Source of the DNA: Octopus vulgaris
Lineage: Eukaryota
NCBI GenBank assembly: GCA_951406725.2
Contig: OX597816.1
Location: forward strand, 39,370,001-39,434,000
Reading direction: 5' to 3'
DNA length: 64,000 bases
Numbering within the stretch: position 1 is the first letter of the stretch; each line of letters opens with the position of its first letter. The notes beneath the pieces are model-generated. The model worked only from the letters and a program-made list of their open reading frames with translations. It was not told where the DNA came from and made no database searches. This document shows, piece after piece, positions 53,922 through 63,159 of the stretch. A program made the position numbers and the translations under genes.

Positions 53922-56661
53922 ACACACACAAAAAGTGCTTTCCTGTGCTAGGTTATTGTTGCATGTTGTATCTGAAATAATGGGTCTATGGATCACATCT
54001 ACTCTTTTTGTGGGTCACTTATGCTGCTTGGTCAAAAACATACTTTTAGTAAAGTTTAATATATTAAGATAAATATTAAGATTGTTTGAAAAATTGTTGT
54101 TATACTGTATGTTTTCAGATCAACAATTGGTATGAAGTTTAACCTACTATTTAAATAATTCAGCTCAGTGTCTTCAGAACGGCCTTCTTAAAACTTTAGT
54201 CTTTTCTTTTTTCCTTATTTGATCAAGGCAAATATGGTTTGTGAATTTAGAAAATTTAGTTTTATATCTGTTTAAAATTGCTTGAACCTTCAGTTTCTCC
54301 ATACAAACATAGCTACTAAGGGGATAAAGAACAATGATGAGTGACATTGTTAAAGTGAAAATGAGTTCAAACTGGTATTGTGTTGTCCATTCTCAGTATT
54401 ATTTTTGCTTTAGGAATTTCAAAGTACTAAAGCTTTTTTTTCTCCTCATCACTTTTATTTTGTATTTTTATTTAATTATTGCAGGCCAACTGGTAAATAC
54501 ACTTGGTCAACATAAAGGACCCATATTTGCTCTGAAATGGAATAAACGAGGAAATTATATTCTTAGTGCTGGTGTGGATAAGGTAAGATATTTGGTCTTT
54601 TGAATTAAAAAAAAATTAAAAAATCAAAACATAGAAATTTTTAATTTCCTAATTGTGACTTGACATAGTTTTAGTTAAATTAATGGCTTGTTGTCAGAGA
54701 ACTGTTGAATTTGAAGAACATTCCATTTTAAAACTATCATAACAATATTTTGAAGCACAAAACTACCTCTGTCTCATTTAATTTTGAAAATAATTGAGCA
54801 TTTAAAGTTAGGTATATAGCTTCACTAAAATATATATTTTCATCAGTTGATTGGTATATTAATGTGTGTTTAACCCATTAACATTTAAACTGACCATATC
54901 CAGCCTGAATATTCTACGTATTTTATGTTCAAATTAGCCAAATCCAGACTCTCGCCTACCCTACATTGTAAAAATAAATAATCACATCATCGATATCTTG
55001 AAGCTATGAGATCATGCATGATTAATCCATAACAATGTGAATATATAAGCATTACATTTGACAGAGCAATCTGAATACTAAAAGGTTAAGGCAGTGAGCT
55101 GGCAGAACAGTTAGTGTCAGGTAAAATGGTTAGTGGTATTTCTTCTGGATCTTCATGTTTTGAGTTCAATTACACTGAGGCTGTCTTTGCCGTTCATCCT
55201 TTCAGGGTTGATAATATAAGAACCGGTTGAGCCCCCCACTCTAAGCGGTGGTGTTGGTGTTGCTGTAACCCCACCCCACCTAAAGTTGTTGGCCTTATAC
55301 TAGAATTTCAAAAATAAAGGCAGTGGGCTGGCAGAATTGTTAACGTGTTGGGCAAAATGCTTATTGACATATCTTCTAGCTCTTCATGTTTTGAGTTCAG
55401 TTACTGGCCTTATGCCAAATTTTGAAAGAATAAGAGGTGTCTGGGACAGAAGGATTGTTTGTATCAAAGGACCAAAATCAAGAAGTTGGTATGTCAAGGG
55501 TTGATATGAAATAACAAAAAAAAAACAGAAATCAATGTGGTGCCTCAGCATGGCTGCATTCTAATAACTGAAACAGGTTAAAGGTAAATCTGAATGTGTT
55601 TTTGCAAGCTCACTGCTATTACAAATGAAGGACATAATTCTACAACTAGGAACCTGTGTTGTTCGTTGAGGTAAAAATAAGCTGTATAGAATGTTTCTTT
55701 TTTTATTTATCAGGACACCTTGTTTTGATTCATTTCTAATTTAATGACCACTTTTCCATACTGGCAAGAATTGAACAATATTTCTCGAGGTGGTGTTCTG
55801 ATACTCTTCCTGATGCCAATCATTACTTGCATCTAACTTTATTTATTGTTTTTCAAGCAAGATACATCTATCCTCGTTTATCATGGTTGTTTAGTTAAAA
55901 AAACAAAACAAAAACTATTAAATGAATCGATGATAAAGGATTAGTAGAACATATGAAAAATATAGGTTTGCATTCCGAGATCCCCAGTTCTTTTGAGGAT
56001 TGTGGATGACCAGTGGGGCAACTGCCTATGTAGTTATAAACCAGGTGACAGTGAAAAATGTCTTTACCCACTAAGGTTCAAATCCTGCTTTTGTCAATTT
56101 TACCTTTCATTCTTCTGAGGTTGATAAAATAGTAACAATCCAAGGTGGTGATTTGTCAAACTGGGTTGTTTGCTGTAGTTGATTTTGCTCTTTGTGTTCT
56201 GTGTTCAAATCCCACCATGGCCTATTTGGTTGGTAGACTTAATCCAGCTCTCACTTTAACACCACTACAGGTACCTTGGGTGTTTTGAATCCACCCTATT
56301 ATATGCATTCATTTGAACCATTTCTCTGGTTAGAAGATACACCCCCCCTCTTCATTCCATTTATCTCAGACACTCTCTAAAGTGACAGGGACACTGCCTT
56401 TCCTCATGACAAAAAAGCAAAGAAAAGAAAAGAAAAAAAAGAAGTAGTTTTTCTTGTATGTTGTTGTTGTTATGACTAATCTTTGTAAATTTTTCTTTTC
56501 TTCAAGACAACAATTATATGGGATGCCAGTTCAGGACACTGTACACAACAATTTGCATTTCACTCTGGTAAGTGCAAATATTTTCATTTACATTTTGCAT
56601 AACCCCCCCCCCCCCCGCCATCTGTAAATGACAAACAAGATTTCATTCTGTGCACTTATAT

Positions 56662-56720
<59 letters not shown>

Positions 56721-59700
56721 CAAATCTTCATTCAAAAGCATTCCTGTTGTTATCATCCACCTTTCTTTTTTTCAAATATATTTATTTCTTTACTACCCAC
56801 AAGGGGCTAAACACAGAGGGGACAAACAAAGACAGACAAACGGATCAAGTCGATTACATTGACCCCAGTGCGTAATTGGTACTTAATTTATCGACCCTGA
56901 AAGGATGAAAGGCAAAGTCGACCTCGGCGGAATTTGAACTCAGAACGTAACGGCAGACGAAATACAGCTACGCATTTCGCCCGGCGTGCTAACGATTCTG
57001 CCAGCTCGCCGCCTTCATATATTTGTGCTTTGTTTGTCCAATATGCTCTTGTTTTAAGATGGCTGTGAGGTGAGGATGGTTAGGTTATCTCCTCTGTGTT
57101 GAACCCCGGGCAAGTGTTTTCTATTATAGCCTTGGACTAACCACTGCCTTGGTATGTTATTCAGTAGATGGAAACAGCAGAGAAGCTCATGGTGTGTGTG
57201 TGTGCGTGTTATCTCCACATCTGCTTGTAGTGACACCATTTCAGCAGTGATGTGTTTATATCTCTCGTATATAAAACGTCCAGTTGTGATTCATTGTGCA
57301 AAAACATTTTAAAAAAAAGAGAAAAAAAAAACAAAAAAAAACAAACAAACCCCAAAGCAAGTCTTGATGTCGGCAAGCATGTCAGGCTTTAGAATACTGA
57401 TTCAAATAGTCTACAAAGCCATACCAATATAGAAGACTGAACATAAAAAATGATGTTGGGTGTGATTTGAACAAGAATTAGAGCTCCTCTCATTGATGAG
57501 CATGTCTTGAGATGTGTGTGTGTGTGAGAGTGAAAGAGAGAGAGAGAGTTCTAATAATTCCAAAACTAAAACTGCTTGGTATGTTGTTATGAATGTTTAA
57601 ATATAAAGCCATATATCTTTTACATTTTAAAGAAACATTTTAATTTCCATAACTGCATTATGTTTATTTCATTATGATATTAATTTGATTTCTATAATGC
57701 TACACATTATGTTAAATTGATCTCTATGGTAACTACATTGCATTAATTCATGCTGAACTTTCCCCCCCTCCACATCTTCTTCTTCAGCTCCTGCGCTGGA
57801 CGTTGACTGGCAGAGTAACACAAGTTTTGCTTCCTGTTCAACTGATCAGTGTATACATGTTTGTAAATTAGGTGTGGAAAAACCAATAAAAACATTCCAA
57901 GGCCATACAGTGAGTAGTTTTGTTGTTGTTCTTGTTGTTTAGCTTCAGATCAGTGTTAATTGAATAGAAATTGGATCATTGGACATTCCAACAATAACCT
58001 GTGTGTGCGTGTCCCCTCTGTCTGTCATTAACGACCATGGATGAAGCTTCTAGTTGTCTGCTTCACTGGTGCAGAATTTCAGTGTCATTGTTATCTTTGA
58101 ATTTCTGATTTCACTTTTCCAGAATTTTATTTGAGTAATAAAACACATCATCATCATCGTCGTTTAACGTCCGCTTTCCATGCTAGCATGGGTTGGACGG
58201 TTCAACTGGGGTCTGGGAAGCCAGAAGGCTGCACCAGGCCCAGTCTGATCTGGCAGTGTTTCTACAGCTGGATGCCCTTCCTAATGCCAACCACTCCGTG
58301 AGTGTAGTGGGTGCTTTTTACATGCCACCGGCCATGATCGGATGGTGCTTTTTACGTGCCACCGGCACGGAGACCAGACGAAGCTGGCAACGGCCACGAT
58401 CAGATGGTGCTTTTTACGTGCCAGTCAGGGCTGCGCTGGCTATGGTCACGTTCGGATGGGTCTCTTACATGCCACCGGCACTGGTATCACATACTTCTTT
58501 TATTGATTTTTTTTTTCTTGGAAAGAAATCTCAGTCCAGTAATAATACAATAATTTTTAGAATATAAGTTCTCCTGTTGCTTAATTATTTTGCACCTAAA
58601 CTATGTTATTTTTAAATGTTATATTGCTAATATATGATATATTGTTGTATATCATCTGTTTCTCCATGGCAGGCTAGGATTAAATTGGATATATGAACAG
58701 GAATAAAAAATACATGCATTTCTAAATAACTTTAATTTTGTTATTTCAGAATGAAGTAAATGCAATCAAATGGGACCCACAAGGTTTACTCCTGGCATCT
58801 TGTTCAGATGATATGACATTAAAAGTAAGTCATTGCCATCGTTTCAAAGGTTTTATATATAAGGTATAGTAATAAAGAGTAATGACCTCCTTTGGTCATG
58901 AATGACCATGGGATTGCACCTAGAAAGTTCCCCCTCTGAGACACAAGTCCAGGTAAGGTTGTTTATGGAACACCAGCAGTTTCCCATTCATACCAGCCTC
59001 CACTATCCATGCTATCATTGTTATCCAAGGGAAAAGCAAAAAAAAGCCAGTACAACCTGGCACCAGTGACGTCACGACTCATTTCTGCTGCTGAGTGAAC
59101 AGGAGCAACATGAAATAAAATGTCTTGCTCAAGAACACTATACACAGCCTGATCCCGGAATCAAACTCACTACCCTCTGATTGTGAGCCTGATGCTCTAA
59201 CCACTGAACCATGCACCTTTGTCCTTTACCCTTTTTACCCATATATATGGGAACTGTGTTTGTATTTGTCTTCACCACACTACTCAACAACTGATGTTGG
59301 TTTCTTTATGCCCTTATAACTTAGCAGTTCACGAAAAAGTGAATGATAAAATAAGTGCTAAACTTAAAAGTATGTACTGGCATTGATTTGTTTGATTGAA
59401 TACTTCAAGTTGTTGTTCTAACATGGCCACAGTTCAATGAGGGAAACAAATAAAATTGTGTGTGTGTACACATGCATATTTCTTTTCACTTCACATCTTT
59501 GTTACTATGCTAGCATGGTTTAGATGGGAGGAAATTGGGCAGGATTTTATGACTGGATGCTCTTTCTGTTACCAACTTTACTTTGTTTTCTAATAAGAGA
59601 GATTTTTTTCATACAAAAGAGAAGAGGTACAAGGTGATTTGTTGGCAAGAAATGTCAGCAAACATCACTGGTTGTTAGCTAACCTTAAATGATGTTAACA

Positions 59701-61389
59701 TTTGTAGCTGAGACTCAGTCACTGTTTGGTGCCATAAGCTCAGCATAGTTTTGTCAACATTTTCAAGCATGCACACATACATGCAACCTGCAGCTCTGTC
59801 CTTCTAAAATTTAATGGAATAAAAAAAAAACTGTCTTACTTTAAAGCAAGTAAGCCTGACAAGAAGAAGAGCATCAATATGTAAAATTCTACCTCAAATT
59901 AAGTATCAGTTCAACCCATGCCAGTATATAAAATGAACAAAAGAACAATATAATATCATAGGTGAAAGAGGATGTATGGAATATTTTAATATAGTTTCGA
60001 TTTTTCTTTTCTTCTATATATCTTTGTTCTTTATTCTTTAATTTTAATCAATCAACTATAATGGATTTATTATTTTTTTGCATTATAGATATGGAGTATG
60101 CGACAAGATCAGTGTGTCCATGATTTACAAGCACATGATAAAGAAATTTATACGATCAAGTGGAGTCCTACAGGTCAAGGCACTAACAACCCTAATGCCC
60201 CATTAATATTGGCAAGGTAAATTCTTTAGTTTTGTTATTGGTAAAGCAATCCTTAGCATAATGTCTAGCTTTGTGCATGGTCTCAGTCATAGGTCACCAT
60301 ACCAGAATAAGAAGAAAATGTCAGCCAGAGTACTAATTTCATTTATCTTGTTTGGAATATTCCTTGTATTTGGTGAGTGATTGGCTGAAAACTAGCATTC
60401 AACAAAAGCAATAGTAGTCCTTGTCCATCCTGGAACAGTAAGGGAAGTTTGTCTTTGGCAGCACCATTTCTTGAGTATATCTAGCTATACCACAATTACC
60501 ATTCTCCTTAGCTGGGCATGTGCATTTATTGGGACACCCTGTAAATCACTGAATGCCATGCACAAACATGATTGTTGTCACTCAATTAATAAAAATTTTG
60601 CCCTTCTGAATCATAATTTTTACCTTAATTATCATTTAGTTTATTGTTTTTATCTGTGCGCTATTTCTGATTATTTAAATCCATAAAAATTGGAAAACAA
60701 AGCCTATGAGTATCTAGGAGGTTGCTAGATCATTATATCATTATAATTTAGGATACCTGATGGCTGATACATTGGTTTCAAATTTTAGCACAAGGCCAGC
60801 AATTTTGAGGACATTATATGTCAGAGCTCAACAGATACTTATTTTTGTCAACCTAGAAAGGATGAAAGGCAAAGTTGACCTTGGTAGAATTTGAACTCAA
60901 AATGTAAAGGCAGATAAAATGCCTCTAAGTATTTTACCTGGTGTGCTAATGATTCTGCCAGCTTACCACCTTGATGATGACTGATATATTGGTTGTTCTT
61001 ATTGTGGATGCTACAATGTTATAACCAAATAATTCAGATGTCTTGTTCAGAGGTTTAATACTTGACACAAAATCAGTATTTATTCTTTGAAAGCATAAGC
61101 AAAAATTAGTAGTTAAAAAAGGGTATTTCCATTCCTTGTATATTCAGAGCTTCATGGCTCAGAAGACATTAATACTTACATCTATTTAAAATTTTGATAT
61201 GATTTTTCTTTGTTTTCTTCCAGTGCAAGTTTTGACTCAACAGTTCGGTTATGGGATGTTGAGCAAGGTTCTTGTATCCACACACTAACGAAGCATCAAG
61301 AGCCTGTCTATAGTGTAGCTTTTAGTCCAGATGGAAAATATTTAGCAAGCGGATCCTTTGATAAATGTGTTCATATCTGGAATGTACAG
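9976..61389 (+). CDS. TBL1XR1: TBL1X/TBL1XR1 (ebi) ortholog, F-box-like/WD repeat protein; 12 coding exons in window, 3' end outside
   Basis: Spliced join 9976-10033, 27747-27892, 33379-33529, 47020-47152, 49606-49744, 51841-51904, 54485-54582, 56507-56567, 57788-57909, 58750-58824, 60089-60216, 61224-61389 gives an uninterrupted 447-codon frame [21 protein letters not shown]...[14 protein letters not shown]. All introns are GT-AG and phases match. Confidence 0.97.
12183..13675 (-). mobile_element. 5'-truncated RTE-clade LINE (C-terminal ORF, 3' UTR, (GAT)n tail)
   Basis: Minus-strand ...[33 protein letters not shown]...LHGSETW...[11 protein letters not shown]...[10 protein letters not shown], typical of the RTE C-terminus; 1-bp frameshift near 13535; stop at 12997. 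Confidence 0.93.
12361..12825. repeat. 63-bp tandem array in RTE 3' UTR (about 7 units)
   Basis: Unit starts at 12361, 12424, 12487, 12550, 12613, 12677, 12740, 12806; first five nearly identical; the 21-codon period explains the repetitive ORFs in several frames. Confidence 0.95.
13962..14587 (+). mobile_element. RTE 3' UTR copy with a 60-62-bp alternating tandem array
   Basis: cgtaaaagcacc at 13981, 14043, 14104, 14165, 14226, 14287, 14347, 14409, then the standard RTE tail and (GAT)n. Confidence 0.9.
15640..15870 (-). mobile_element. Diverged RTE 3' end
   Basis: (cat)n...ttttccatgctggcatgagttggatgg...gatgcccttcctaatgccaa. Confidence 0.7.
17690..18345 (-). pseudogene. Tigger/pogo (CENP-B-like) transposase relic
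   Basis: [58 protein letters not shown] matches the Tigger/TIGD HTH-to-DDE junction including the NxDET catalytic motif; upstream [15 protein letters not shown]...[11 protein letters not shown] is HTH-psq-like; frameshifted and truncated. Confidence 0.85.
18820..19000 (-). mobile_element. RTE 3' end
   Basis: (cat)n-cgtttaacgtccg...gggtgctttttacgtgccac. Confidence 0.85.
19402..19585 (+). mobile_element. Short insertion with 13-bp target-site duplication and terminal fold-back hairpin
   Basis: tactttcattaaa at 19389-19401 and 19586-19598; inverted repeat 19402-19448 / 19454-19500 (45 of 47 bp); tttattat end. Confidence 0.75.
19877..20157 (-). mobile_element. RTE 3' end with about two array units
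   Basis: Same tail as 12183 plus two gtgccacc-initiated units. Confidence 0.85.
21400..24300 (-). mobile_element. Scattered, highly decayed LINE (RTE-like) coding fragments with younger insertions
   Basis: Minus-strand remnants such as [15 protein letters not shown] near 21630-21680; no intact frame. Confidence 0.4.
21927..22146. mobile_element. piggyBac-type MITE family 2
   Basis: ctcttttgttaccatatttctg...ggtatcaaaagggttaa; body aligns with 4274-4501. Confidence 0.8.
25078..25419. mobile_element. piggyBac-type MITE family 1 with internal 111-bp tandem duplication, inserted in a SINE A
   Basis: TTAA-CCCTTTAG...CTAAAGGG-TTAA; attctgcctg...actaca repeated at 25120 and 25231. Confidence 0.88.
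25945..26183 (-). mobile_element. SINE family B (Nin/Deu-domain-like)
   Basis: Reverse complement reads ggcggcgagctggcagaatcgttagcacgccgggcg...gttgactttgccgttcatcctttcggggtcgataaattaagtaccagt. Confidence 0.8.
26760..27088 (-). mobile_element. SINE family A (internally deleted)
   Basis: cttttacttgtttcagtcatttgactgc...accacacagccatgcctg. Confidence 0.8.
27164..27393. mobile_element. piggyBac-type MITE family 2 (young), inserted in a decayed SINE B
   Basis: TTAA-CCCTTT...GAAAGGG-TTAA; body highly similar to 37345-37572. Confidence 0.88.
27747..27892 (+). CDS. TBL1XR1: TBL1XR1/ebi coding exon 2 (LisH / F-box-like)
   Basis: (G)[48 protein letters not shown]; tttaag| acceptor, |gtaaga donor; 146 nt. 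Confidence 0.97.
28976..29196. mobile_element. Tc1/mariner-pogo (Tigger-type) MITE
   Basis: TA|cagtagtccctcgccatatcac...gtgatagttgaggaattactg|TA: imperfect terminal inverted repeats with TA duplication. Confidence 0.75.
29628..29862 (-). mobile_element. RTE 3' end
   Basis: (cat)n-cgtttaacgtccgctttccatgctagc... Confidence 0.85.
30318..30650 (-). mobile_element. tRNA-derived CORE-like SINE family C
   Basis: Reverse complement: tggctcagtggttagagc (A box), gagctcgaatccc (B box), gtgttcttgagcaaggcacttt (CORE-like); related copies at 32610-32942 (+) and 58883-59217 (-). Confidence 0.82.
31308..32580. mobile_element. Old Tigger-type non-autonomous DNA element carrying a later insertion
   Basis: Ends gttgagaaacccctatctgaaaat... 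and ...ttcagataaaaggttttgaactg|TA are imperfect inverted repeats; internal gatgggacctaagtccgaacacaa recalls Tigger4/MER46 (recalled, not searched). Confidence 0.55.
31398..31975 (-). mobile_element. Unclassified non-LTR retroelement with (AAT)n tail inserted in an (AAT)n tract
   Basis: About 560-bp block of higher GC than its flanks, bounded by (att)n on the left and (aat)n on the right; no credible ORF. Confidence 0.55.
32610..32942 (+). mobile_element. SINE family C
   Basis: ggcacgtggctcagtggttagagc...ttcttgagcaagacactt...catgactgaagggtgtc. Confidence 0.8.
32965..33222 (-). mobile_element. RTE 3' end with about two array units
   Basis: taacgtccattttccgcgctagcacgggttggacgg...gtgccaccggcac. 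Confidence 0.85.
33379..33529 (+). CDS. TBL1XR1: TBL1XR1/ebi coding exon 3 (end of N-terminal domain and linker)
   Basis: [50 protein letters not shown]; ggcag| acceptor, G|gtaaat donor; 151 nt. Confidence 0.95.
36938..37238 (-). mobile_element. RTE 3' end with two array units
   Basis: (cat)n-cgtttaacgtccg...acggccatgctcggatggtg. Confidence 0.85.
37345..37572. mobile_element. piggyBac-type MITE family 2 nested in the left end of a family-1 MITE (host ends at 37761)
   Basis: TTAA-CCCTTTTG...GAAAGGG-TTAA followed directly by a family-1 body ending gaagggttaa. Confidence 0.85.
38150..38520. repeat. Degenerate pyrimidine-rich minisatellite
   Basis: Recurrent ttagtctc...tattctgtctcacaa units of roughly 30-40 bp. 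Confidence 0.6.
39041..39081 (+). ncRNA. Minimal type I hammerhead ribozyme motif (Penelope-like element type)
   Basis: cat-CTGAGGA-a-GGCTG-gagcgtaca-CAGCC-GAAAC-GTA-atg: conserved core, 5-bp stem II, palindromic ACGT stem III, short stem I. Confidence 0.6.
39290..39870 (+). mobile_element. SINE family A containing an RTE 3' end (about 39475-39662) in its microsatellite
   Basis: SINE head to 39460, RTE tail, then SINE 3' half ending gactgaaacacgtaag. Confidence 0.75.
41101..41300 (+). promoter_or_regulatory. Candidate intronic promoter (CCAAT box, Inr, RFX X-box) in a CpG-retaining region
   Basis: ctATTGGct at 41102-41110, TCAGTT at 41194-41199, GTTACTGTGGTAAC at 41283-41296; elevated CpG across about 39980-42480. 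Confidence 0.4.
41891..42008. repeat. Compound trinucleotide microsatellite (TAC)n/(CAC)n/(AAC)n
   Basis: Direct reading. Confidence 0.95.
43375..43732 (+). mobile_element. Diverged SINE family A
   Basis: accttgggcaaatgcc...gactgaagcaagtaaaaga. Confidence 0.75.
47020..47152 (+). CDS. TBL1XR1: TBL1XR1/ebi coding exon 4 (first WD40 repeat)
   Basis: (V)[44 protein letters not shown]; tttgtag| acceptor, GG|gtaagt donor; 133 nt. Confidence 0.97.
47286..47509 (+). mobile_element. SINE family B with 14-bp target-site duplication
   Basis: ggtatttcagtcct at 47272-47285 and 47510-47523; body gagctggcagaaacgttagcacgccgggcg...gcctttcatcctttcgggg. Confidence 0.88.
47864..48068. mobile_element. mariner-type MITE
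   Basis: gggtgcagaaaagctcctgg ... ccaggaacttttcagcaccc terminal inverted repeats. Confidence 0.7.
48080..48480 (-). mobile_element. SINE family A (full length, young)
   Basis: Reverse complement of the 6119-6556 type. Confidence 0.88.
48838..49210 (+). mobile_element. SINE family A
   Basis: ggagtgggtgtgtggtaag (duplicated head)...gactgaaacgaataaaaga. Confidence 0.85.
49606..49744 (+). CDS. TBL1XR1: TBL1XR1/ebi coding exon 5
   Basis: [46 protein letters not shown]; cacag| acceptor, |gtaagt donor; 139 nt. Confidence 0.97.
49766..49993. mobile_element. piggyBac-type MITE family 1, 21 nt downstream of exon 5
   Basis: TTAA-CCCTTTAG...CAAAGGG-TTAA. Confidence 0.85.
50845..51230 (-). mobile_element. 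Diverged SINE family A
   Basis: cttttacttgtttcagtcattagactgcggcc...cacacagccatgcctgc. Confidence 0.8.
51841..51904 (+). CDS. TBL1XR1: TBL1XR1/ebi coding exon 6
   Basis: [21 protein letters not shown](G); ttgcag| acceptor, G|gtaagt donor; 64 nt. Confidence 0.97.
52392..52767 (+). mobile_element. Non-autonomous Helentron / DINE-1(HINE)-like element
   Basis: 5' hairpin acctccac-cttagcgaaa-gtggaggt, (TGTT)n tract, 3' ccttggcagaagt and stem-loop gcactc-tct-gagtgc, TT ends, no target-site duplication. Confidence 0.7.
52855..53458 (+). mobile_element. RTE LINE C-terminal fragment and 3' UTR, followed by a second RTE tail (53295-53458)
   Basis: [27 protein letters not shown] is homologous to the 12997-13150 C-terminus; tail motif ggaagggcatcc occurs twice. 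Confidence 0.82.
53840..53920. repeat. (CT)n microsatellite
   Basis: Direct reading; similar tracts at 56665-56713 and 62490-62523. Confidence 0.95.
54485..54582 (+). CDS. TBL1XR1: TBL1XR1/ebi coding exon 7
   Basis: (G)[32 protein letters not shown]; ttgcag| acceptor, |gtaaga donor; 98 nt. Confidence 0.97.
54871..55089. mobile_element. piggyBac-type MITE family 1 (diverged)
   Basis: ttaacccattaacatttaaactgaccatatcc...ctaaaaggttaa. Confidence 0.75.
56507..56567 (+). CDS. TBL1XR1: TBL1XR1/ebi coding exon 8
   Basis: [20 protein letters not shown](A); branch-point-like tgactaat near 56473, ttcaag| acceptor, G|gtaagt donor; 61 nt. Confidence 0.96.
56780..57015 (-). mobile_element. SINE family B
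   Basis: Near-identical to 25945-26183. Confidence 0.85.
57788..57909 (+). CDS. TBL1XR1: TBL1XR1/ebi coding exon 9
   Basis: (A)[40 protein letters not shown]; cttcag| acceptor, |gtgagt donor; 122 nt. Confidence 0.97.
58146..58490 (-). mobile_element. RTE 3' end with shortened array units
   Basis: (cat)n-cgtcgtttaacgtccg...gtcacgttcggatgg. Confidence 0.85.
58750..58824 (+). CDS. TBL1XR1: TBL1XR1/ebi coding exon 10
   Basis: [25 protein letters not shown]; tttcag| acceptor, |gtaagt donor; 75 nt. Confidence 0.97.
58883..59217 (-). mobile_element. SINE family C
   Basis: Aligns with 30318-30650. Confidence 0.8.
60089..60216 (+). CDS. TBL1XR1: TBL1XR1/ebi coding exon 11
   Basis: [42 protein letters not shown](S); ttatag| acceptor, AG|gtaaat donor; 128 nt. 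Confidence 0.97.
61224..61389 (+). CDS. TBL1XR1: TBL1XR1/ebi coding exon 12
   Basis: (S)[55 protein letters not shown]; ttccag| acceptor, |gtgaga donor; 166 nt. Confidence 0.97.
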
Positions 61390-61459
61390 GTGAGATCATT
61401 TTTCTGATCATCATTAGTTGTTGCTATTGATGAAATCTAATGTTTTTTTACAGAAAATT

Positions 61460-61858
61460 AACAGGAGTGGCTGTGTGGTAAGTAGCTTGCTTACCAACCA
61501 CATGGTTTTGGGTTCAGTCCCACTGCGTGGCACCTTGGGCAAGTGTCTTCTACTATAGCCTCGGGCTGACCAAAGCCTTGTGAGTGGATTTGGTAGACGG
61601 GAACTGAAAGAAGCCTGTCGTGTGTGTGTGTGTGTGTATGTATGTATGTGTGTGTTTGTGTGTCTGTGTTTGTCCCCCCAACATTGTTTGACAACCAATG
61701 CTGGTGTGTTTACGTCCCCGTAACTTAGCGGTTCAGCAAAAGAGACCGATAGAATAAATACTAGGCTTGCAAAGAATAAGCCCTGGGGTCGATTTGTTCG
61801 ACTAAAGGCGGTGCTCCAGCATGGCTGCAATCAAATGACTGAAACGAGTAAAAGAGTA
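61460..61858 (+). mobile_element. SINE family A (full length)
   Basis: caggagtggctgtgtggtaag...gactgaaacgagtaaaagag. Confidence 0.88.
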
Positions 61859-62486
61859 ATTAGTTTTTGTATGGCCATTTCATTCTAGTCATCTTACAGT
61901 TAGCATATTTTAGATAAGAGATAAACTCAGATGTAGAGGCAGAGTATAGTTAGTGTTTCTGAATGGAAGTCGACACGGCCCTTGGGGGTCCATAAAAAAT
62001 TTTGTTGTTAAAAATTATGTGCATTAAATTGGTTACACTTCTACACAAAATATTTTAACAATGTTTTATACAATTCCTAATGATATTTAAATATAAAAAA
62101 CTGATTAGGATTTTTTTTAAACATCAAATGGCTATGGTGGTTTAGGAGAGTAAAATAGGAATTAAAGGGGACCATAGGTAAAAAAAAAAATGCAGTTCAC
62201 TTCACAATCACGAGGTCCTGGGTATGATCCTACTGCATGGCTTCTTGGGTAAATATCAGTTTCTATAACCCTGGGTCAACTCTTGTGAGCGAAATTAGGT
62301 AGATGGAAACTGTATAGCAACCTGCTGAGTGGATTGTATCTGGAATTTCAAAGGTGCAGCCTTATCATCTAATGTGTCATGCTACTTCTACCTAAGAATT
62401 GCATTATGGGTATGTCTCTCTGATCAGCCTTTTATACATTAATTCAGCATGATGGAGATGCTCCCCTCCTCTTCCTCAGAGTGAGT

Positions 62487-62524
<38 letters not shown>

Positions 62525-63159
62525 AGGCTTCTTTTAGTTTCTCTCTGTCAAATCCACTCAAGGCTTTGGTTGGCCTGGGGCTGCATTAGAATACACTTGC
62601 CCTAACGTATCATGCAGTGGGATTGAACCGAAAACCACATGGTTGAGAAGTAAACTTTTTAACCAAACAACCATGCTTACACTAATTATAGATCCCTAGC
62701 CTTTGGAGTAATTGTGATTTTTTTTTTTTATGAAAGAAGCAATATTATGTAGTCAATGGAGTTTTGAGCTATGAAGAAGACTTTGGTTGGATTTGGTTTC
62801 TTGTGAAAAATTTGAAAGATAAATATTTTTCAATTTATCTTTACTTTTGCCATTACTGTAGAGTTATTTCCACTGTCAGTTTGAGGTAGGTTTTCTGTCA
62901 TATGTTATGCTTGTTGCAGTTTTTACCAACAGCAGCTGCTTCTCCTATTGAAAATCTTCAATTGTTTATTAAGTCTTTTATTTTTTTTGTTATGATTTAA
63001 TTTTTGAAAACTGTTGAACATGATAAAAACAAGAATACAAAAACCAACATGGCCAAAAAAACAAAAAAAAAAACGAAGCAAAACAAGAACTCCCAATAAT
63101 CTCAAAAACACAAAATTCATACCACATATTGTCAGAATACATTAGTTGTTTACCTAGAT

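Noticed and set aside
53700-54072. ER- and SL-repeat ORFs
   Set aside because: Translations of the (CT)n/(GA)n microsatellite.
18850-58567. Recurring peptide [12 protein letters not shown] in many short ORFs, resembling a gene family
   Set aside because: Antisense translation of the RTE 3' tail; copies coincide with (cat)n-flanked retro-insertions.
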